From contig CAYFXV010000004.1 in NCBI GenBank assembly GCA_964347265.1, forward strand, positions 1-49,808: 49,808 nt of DNA, written 5' to 3'. The position numbers were made by a program, and so were the translations under genes. The notes beneath the pieces are model-generated. The model worked only from the letters and a program-made list of their open reading frames with translations. It was not told where the DNA came from and ran no database searches. Below are positions 45,505-49,808 of the stretch, in pieces; within the stretch, counting starts at the first letter, position 1, and each line of letters opens with the position of its first letter. The stretch comes from an uncultured archaeon. Lineage in GTDB: Archaea > Aenigmatarchaeota > Aenigmatarchaeia > Aenigmatarchaeales > Aenigmatarchaeaceae.

Positions 45505-45695
45505 GCCGTCGTGGCAGAACCAGGTAAATGCGCCAGAATCGTCTCAAGTTTTGATTTTGAGATGATAGCGATACTTGAGACAGATGATATTATGGCTTGA
45601 CTCTGAAATGCGGCGTAATGAAGAGTAAAAAGTAAAGTGATGTCGAGTTATCTGGTGCCCGAAAGGGCTTGCAGGTTCAAATCCTGCCGACGGCG
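45505..45695 (+). tRNA. tRNA-Ser(TGA) with two introns: 45537-45572 (30/31, 36 nt) and 45580-45649 (37/38, 70 nt)
   Basis: GCCGTCG/CGACGGC acceptor, G73, long variable arm GCCC-GAAA-GGGC; removing both introns restores CCAGA-CT-TGA-GA-TCTGG. Confidence 0.85.
45580..45649 (+). ncRNA. Putative box C/D guide sRNA encoded in tRNA-Ser intron 2
   Basis: ACA/TGT terminal stem; C ATGATAT 45584-90; 12 nt; D' CTGA 45603-06; C' ATGAAGA 45618-24; 12 nt; D GTGA 45637-40. Confidence 0.7.
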
Positions 45696-45728
45696 CTTCT
45701 TTTTAAGTGGGAAATCAAATAAAATTAT

Positions 45729-46079
45729 ATGGTAATGTTAGCACAGATTATCCCATTTTCAATATACGGAATCATTCCTATTGTTATTCAAATTTTATTC
45801 AGTACTATAACAGCTTGGTTAAGTGCGCAACTTGTAATAGGCGGTGCAAGATTACAGAATGCACTTATATATGCTTTAATAACTTACTTTGTCGTTTATT
45901 TAGTGGTATTAGTTCCCATACCAGCTATTCCTGTTATCAATACTATAGTCCTTGTTGAAGCACTACTAAAAATCTTCGTTGCCATGAAATTTTTTAATAC
46001 AGACTTTCGTGGAGGATTATCTATAGCAGGAGTTCAGATACTTCTTGGAACTATAATTAGTATACCCTTTTATTTTTAA
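45729..46079 (+). CDS. Membrane protein of unknown function (about 4 TM)
   Basis: Hydrophobic ORF downstream of tRNA-Ser. Confidence 0.7.
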   Translation: MVMLAQIIPFSIYGIIPIVIQILFSTITAWLSAQLVIGGARLQNALIYALITYFVVYLVVLVPIPAIPVINTIVLVEALLKIFVAMKFFNTDFRGGLSIAGVQILLGTIISIPFYF

Positions 46080-46124
46080 GACTCCATTTTTTATCATAAG
46101 AAGTTAAAGTTATTAAAGGATAAA

Positions 46125-46361
46125 ATGTTAAAAATAGTAGAATCTAAATCAAACTTCGACACCATATTTGAAGGAATAATTTTAACTCTATCAACCATAT
46201 TTATTTTTCTTGGTTTTGGTGGTCTAATAATAGTTATAACAACACACAGATATCGATCAGATGTATTGTTAGAATATGCATATGCTTTTGTTTATTCCTA
46301 CATGTTAGCTTTAGGAATCATTCTGTTGTTATACCGCAAGAAAATATTAGTTAAAAGATGA
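46125..46361 (+). CDS. Small 2-TM membrane protein (paralog of next gene)
   Basis: Shares LGxxG, SD, YML.LG..L..YRK.I.VK pattern with 46362-46604. Confidence 0.7.
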   Translation: MLKIVESKSNFDTIFEGIILTLSTIFIFLGFGGLIIVITTHRYRSDVLLEYAYAFVYSYMLALGIILLLYRKKILVKR

Positions 46362-46604
46362 TTGTTAATGGATTTTTTTAGCCCTGCAAGCTCAAAATTA
46401 GAGGATGTACTTGAATGGACTTTTCTTTGGTCAGGAATTGTTTTCTTAATTTTAGGTCTCGTAGGAATAATGCTTATGTTATCAGGATATAAAATAGTCT
46501 CAGATCGAGTACTTCAATTTGCTTTCATTTTCGTTAGTTTTTATATGTTGTTTCTTGGTTTATTTTTAATATTTTATCGTAAAACAATAGTAGTAAAATC
46601 CTAA
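46362..46604 (+). CDS. Small 2-TM membrane protein (tandem paralog)
   Basis: Same pattern as 46125-46361. Confidence 0.7.
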   Translation: MLMDFFSPASSKLEDVLEWTFLWSGIVFLILGLVGIMLMLSGYKIVSDRVLQFAFIFVSFYMLFLGLFLIFYRKTIVVKS

Positions 46605-46671
46605 TTCAAGAATAAATTTAACAAAGTTAATCTTTATAAACATTAATCTTTATAATGAAAAAAGTGGTTTT

Positions 46672-47241
46672 ATGGGAATGAGAAGACCTAAAAATATAGA
46701 CAAAACCAAAGAGATTAAAGAAGAAAAGTCTAAAAAGAAAAAGGTTTTAAAGAAAAAGAAAGTTTTAGAAGGCATTAGAGGAATTGTCAGAATTGGAGAG
46801 GTTGATGTAGAGGGAGATAAAAAAATAAGAGTTGCTTTATTAAAAGTTAGGGGTGTTGGGAAATCTTTAGCAAAGATATTTGCTATTGCTGCTGGTTTAA
46901 GCCCTGAAGCATTAATAGGAAGTTTAAATGATGAACAATTAAAGAAATTAGAAGATGTTATAAGAAATCCAGTAAACTATGATATTCCTTATCATATGTT
47001 CAATAGGAGAAATGATCCTCAAACAGGTGAACATAAACACCTAATAGGTTCTGAATTAAGATTTGCTATTAAATCTGATGTTGATTTAATGAGAAAAATT
47101 AGGTGCTACAAAGGAATAAGACACGAATCTGGATTACCTGTTAGAGGCCAAAGAACAAGATCTAGTTTTAGAAAAGGTGCAATTGTTGGCGTTATAAAGA
47201 AAAAGGCAGCAAGATCCAAAGCTAGAAAAGAATCTAAGTGA
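46672..47241 (+). CDS. rps13: 30S ribosomal protein S13 (uS13) with basic N-terminal extension
   Basis: IVRIGEVDVEG, VRGVGKSLA, CYKGIRHESGLPVRGQRTRS; TTTATAAA at 46633. Confidence 0.96.
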   Translation: MGMRRPKNIDKTKEIKEEKSKKKKVLKKKKVLEGIRGIVRIGEVDVEGDKKIRVALLKVRGVGKSLAKIFAIAAGLSPEALIGSLNDEQLKKLEDVIRNPVNYDIPYHMFNRRNDPQTGEHKHLIGSELRFAIKSDVDLMRKIRCYKGIRHESGLPVRGQRTRSSFRKGAIVGVIKKKAARSKARKESK

Positions 47242-47245
47242 TTAA

Positions 47246-47479
47246 ATGAATAAAAAAGAAATTCAAGATAAACTCGAAGAGCTTTCTGAAGATGAGATAA
47301 ACGAAGTTTTTAAAATATTGGGCACAATTCTAGTCACAGATGTTAGCAAAGATAGAAAAATAAGCATATTAATTTCAGAGATAACAGAAGATGAAGATGA
47401 CCTTGCTGGAATTTATATTGAAGATTTAGAAAATGCTATAAAAAGTGTTAAAAATGAAAAGACAAAAGAAAAAATTTGA
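47246..47479 (+). CDS. Acidic hypothetical protein inserted between rps13 and rps4
   Basis: 77-aa ORF with D/E-rich core; overlaps rps4 start by 26 nt. Confidence 0.65.
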   Translation: MNKKEIQDKLEELSEDEINEVFKILGTILVTDVSKDRKISILISEITEDEDDLAGIYIEDLENAIKSVKNEKTKEKI

Positions 47480-47927
47480 ACGACCAAAAAGACCATGGGA
47501 TAAGACAAGAATAGAAGAAGAAAAAAAGTTAATACAAAACTATGGTCTAAGGAGAAAAAAGGAAATTTGGAGAGCAGAATCTATTCTAAGAAACTATAGG
47601 AGGCTAGCAAGAGACCTTGCAGCTAAAAGAGATAAAGAAAAGGAAAAAATATTATTAGATAAACTTTTTAGAATGGGTTTAGTAAAAAAAGATGCAGATT
47701 TAGATGATGTCTTAGCTTTAACAGTAGAAAATATCTTAGATAGAAGATTGCAAACTTTGGTTTTTAAAAAAGGTTTAGCGCAAACTGTTAAACAGGCAAG
47801 ACAACACATTGTTCATGGTCATATAGCCTTTTATGGTAGAAAAACCAGATGGCCGAGTACTTTAGTTCCTTTGGGAGGAGAAGGAAAAATAAATTTTTAT
47901 GAAAAAAGTAAAATAAAAAAGGTGTAA
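47454..47927 (+). CDS. rps4: 30S ribosomal protein S4 (uS4)
   Basis: [39 protein letters not shown]. Confidence 0.96.
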   Translation: MKRQKKKFERPKRPWDKTRIEEEKKLIQNYGLRRKKEIWRAESILRNYRRLARDLAAKRDKEKEKILLDKLFRMGLVKKDADLDDVLALTVENILDRRLQTLVFKKGLAQTVKQARQHIVHGHIAFYGRKTRWPSTLVPLGGEGKINFYEKSKIKKV

Positions 47928-47931
47928 GATC

Positions 47932-48333
47932 TTGAAAAAAGAAAGAAAAGAATTGAAATGGGGAATAGCATATATTTTTAGCTCTTCAAATAACACAATA
48001 ATTCATGTTACTGACATTACAGGCGCTGAAACCATATCTAGAATTTCAGCAGGTATGATGACAGATAAGGATAGAGAAGGTGGTTCTCCTTATCCTGCTT
48101 TATTAGCTGCAACAAAAGCTGCTGAAATTGCGTTGGAGAAAGGAATAACAGCAGTTCATATAAGAGTGAGGGCTCCAGGTGGTATAAGATCAAAAAATCC
48201 AGGAGCAGGTGCACAACCAGCTATTAGAGCTTTGGCAAGAACTGGTTTAAGAATAGGAAGAATAGAAGATCTAACACCAATTGGTCATGGAAAAATGAGA
48301 CCCAAAGGTGGCAGAAGGGGAAGAAGAATATGA
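47932..48333 (+). CDS. rps11: 30S ribosomal protein S11 (uS11)
   Basis: [42 protein letters not shown]. Confidence 0.97.
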   Translation: MKKERKELKWGIAYIFSSSNNTIIHVTDITGAETISRISAGMMTDKDREGGSPYPALLAATKAAEIALEKGITAVHIRVRAPGGIRSKNPGAGAQPAIRALARTGLRIGRIEDLTPIGHGKMRPKGGRRGRRI

Positions 48334-48382
48334 ACCGAAAATTTAATAAACATCTATAACTACTCTTTACTAAGGTGGTTTT

Positions 48383-49165
48383 TTGAAAATCCAAATATTA
48401 GAAAAAACTGACACTGAAATAAAATTTTTACTAGAGGATTCTAATTTTCAATTCGCAAATACTTTAAGAAGAATAATGATGTCTGAAATACCTATTTTAG
48501 CTATAACTTATGTTGATTTTTCTCTAAATAATTCTGTCCTTTACAATGAAATAATAGCTCATAGATTAGGTTTAATACCATTAGTTTTTAATCCAAAAGA
48601 CTTTCACTTCAAAGAAGAGCATGAAAAAGGAAAAACTTGTTCTATGTGCGAGGTCGTTTTCGCAATAAACAAAAAAGGTCCTGGAATGATATACTCTAAG
48701 GATATGAAATCAAGCAACCCAGAAGTAAAACCCATGTATGATAATATTCCAATTGTAGAACTTTTTGATGATCAAAGATTAAAATTGGAGGCTTCTGCTT
48801 CTTTAGGTTTAGGACTAAAACATGCTAGATATCAGGCAGCAAATGCTTTTTACAGATTTTATCCTTCAGTTAAGATTAGTGGAAAAATAAATAATATAGA
48901 TGAGGTTATTAAATCATGCCCAAAAAATGCTTTTAAATTTGAAAATAATAAGTTTTCTGTTAGTTTAGATTGTGATTTATGTAAAGAATGTTTAAAAGTT
49001 GCTAGACCCAAAGGAAGTTTAGAAATTATTGGAGATAATACAAAGTTTATATTTAATATTGAGTCAATTTCTGGATTAAAACCAGAAGACATTGTTTTGA
49101 GCGCTGTTGATATACTTAAAGAGAAGGTTAAAGACCTTAATAAACAAGTAAAGAAGATTAAATAA
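48383..49165 (+). CDS. rpoD: RNA polymerase subunit D (Rpo3)
   Basis: FANTLRRIMMSEIP, EIIAHRLGLIPL, HARYQ, Cys cluster CDLCKEC, IESISGL. Confidence 0.96.
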   Translation: MKIQILEKTDTEIKFLLEDSNFQFANTLRRIMMSEIPILAITYVDFSLNNSVLYNEIIAHRLGLIPLVFNPKDFHFKEEHEKGKTCSMCEVVFAINKKGPGMIYSKDMKSSNPEVKPMYDNIPIVELFDDQRLKLEASASLGLGLKHARYQAANAFYRFYPSVKISGKINNIDEVIKSCPKNAFKFENNKFSVSLDCDLCKECLKVARPKGSLEIIGDNTKFIFNIESISGLKPEDIVLSAVDILKEKVKDLNKQVKKIK

Positions 49166-49200
49166 ATATTTATAAACTTACTTCTATATTTTTTAATCAC

Positions 49201-49333
49201 GCGGAGGTAGCCAAGTCTGGTCTAAGGCGCAGGACTTAAGATCGGACTCTTAAGTTTTGATGCAAGTAAATCTTGCTATGATAAGAAATCCTGTGGGTTA
49301 GTCCCTTCGTCGGTTCAAATCCGGCCCTCCGCA
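49201..49333 (+). tRNA. tRNA-Leu(TAA) with 47-nt intron (49241-49287) at 37/38
   Basis: GCGGAGG/CCTCCGC acceptor, A73, long variable arm, CAGGA/TCCTG stem, BHB helix CTTA/TAAG. Confidence 0.93.
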
Positions 49334-49356
49334 CCTTTATTTTACGAGAGATAAAA

Positions 49357-49808
49357 ATGAGAAAATTGTGGTTTAAAAAATTAAAAAATAAAATTAAAGT
49401 GTCACTAAAAAAAGACTATTCAGGTCATAATTATTGGCATGCCATTAGAGTTTGTAATATCTGTAAATATATTAGAAAAAAAGAAAAAGCAGATTTAGAT
49501 GTTCTTTTAGCTGCTAGTCTTCTTCATGATATTTATGCAGGAAAAAATTATGCAACCCATGTTGAAAAGGCTATTAAATTTGCTAAAAAAGTTTTAAAAG
49601 AAATAGGATTTCCTAAAAATAAAATCCCAGATGTTTTAGATTGTATAAAAAATCATGAAAAATATAATTGGGGTAAAACTAGCAAAATATCAAAAGAAGC
49701 GAAAATACTTCAAGATGCTGATAGACTTGATGCATTGGGAGCAATAGGAATTGCAAGAATTTTCACTTTTGGTGGTTTTTATGGAAGACCTATATACAAT
49801 CCAAAAGA
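49357..49808 (+). CDS. HD-domain phosphohydrolase (COG1418-like), 3'-truncated by window edge, not in ORF track
   Basis: GHNYWHAIRV, AASLLHDI, KILQDADRLDALGAIGIAR. Confidence 0.9.
   Translation, partial: MRKLWFKKLKNKIKVSLKKDYSGHNYWHAIRVCNICKYIRKKEKADLDVLLAASLLHDIYAGKNYATHVEKAIKFAKKVLKEIGFPKNKIPDVLDCIKNHEKYNWGKTSKISKEAKILQDADRLDALGAIGIARIFTFGGFYGRPIYNPK

Noticed and set aside
45538-45650. Alternative readings of this tRNA: Leu(CAA) from CTCAAG 45543-48, Thr(CGT) from a single 37/38 intron, or Ser(CGA) via three introns
   Set aside because: CTCAAG lies inside a hairpin and G73 plus the acceptor stem fit Ser; Thr would need A32 and has no long variable arm; the CGA model needs a 34/35 intron with no BHB-like pairing. 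The two-intron Ser(UGA) model explains all segments.
1452-49200. Many short antisense or alternate-frame ORFs in the track (e.g. 1452-1640, 4884-5114, 11771-12043, 12959-13225, 16150-16440, 29223-29675, 34340-34690, 40489-40770, 48859-49200)
   Set aside because: They fully overlap well-supported genes, show no recognisable motifs, and are expected shadow ORFs
1-49808. CRISPR arrays, transposases, integrases, rRNA genes
   Set aside because: No regularly spaced direct repeats, mobile-element motifs or long GC-rich structural RNA found by reading

Overview
AT-rich archaeal chromosome segment. Gene content and divergent ribosomal proteins suggest a DPANN lineage, possibly Aenigmarchaeota (inference, not tested). 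The window holds hisS, PINA, a KaiC-like ATPase with a type IV pilus locus, two regulators, a bacterial-type thrS, and the str/S10/spc/alpha ribosomal superoperon interrupted by many translationally coupled extra genes. It also holds a SecY with two extra predicted TM helices, cbf5, mat, a surface protein, a SWIB-like protein and five tRNAs. Main discovery: all three tRNAs with U at wobble position 34 (Gln-UUG, Ser-UGA, Leu-UAA) carry short introns. Each of these introns has, in addition to its BHB splice pairing, a 9-10 nt antisense element to its own anticodon arm followed by a D-like box (UUGA) and a C-like box (AUGA[U/A]A[A/G]). In all three the nucleotide 5 positions upstream of the D box pairs exactly with U34. 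This suggests a family of minimal, self-targeting, intron-encoded box C/D guides for wobble 2'-O-methylation. tRNA-Ser carries a second intron shaped like a complete two-guide C/D sRNA that may target 16S rRNA. Also notable: an apparent CUG start for aIF1/SUI1, substitutions in conserved decoding residues of uS12, and several small ORFs missing from the ORF track.
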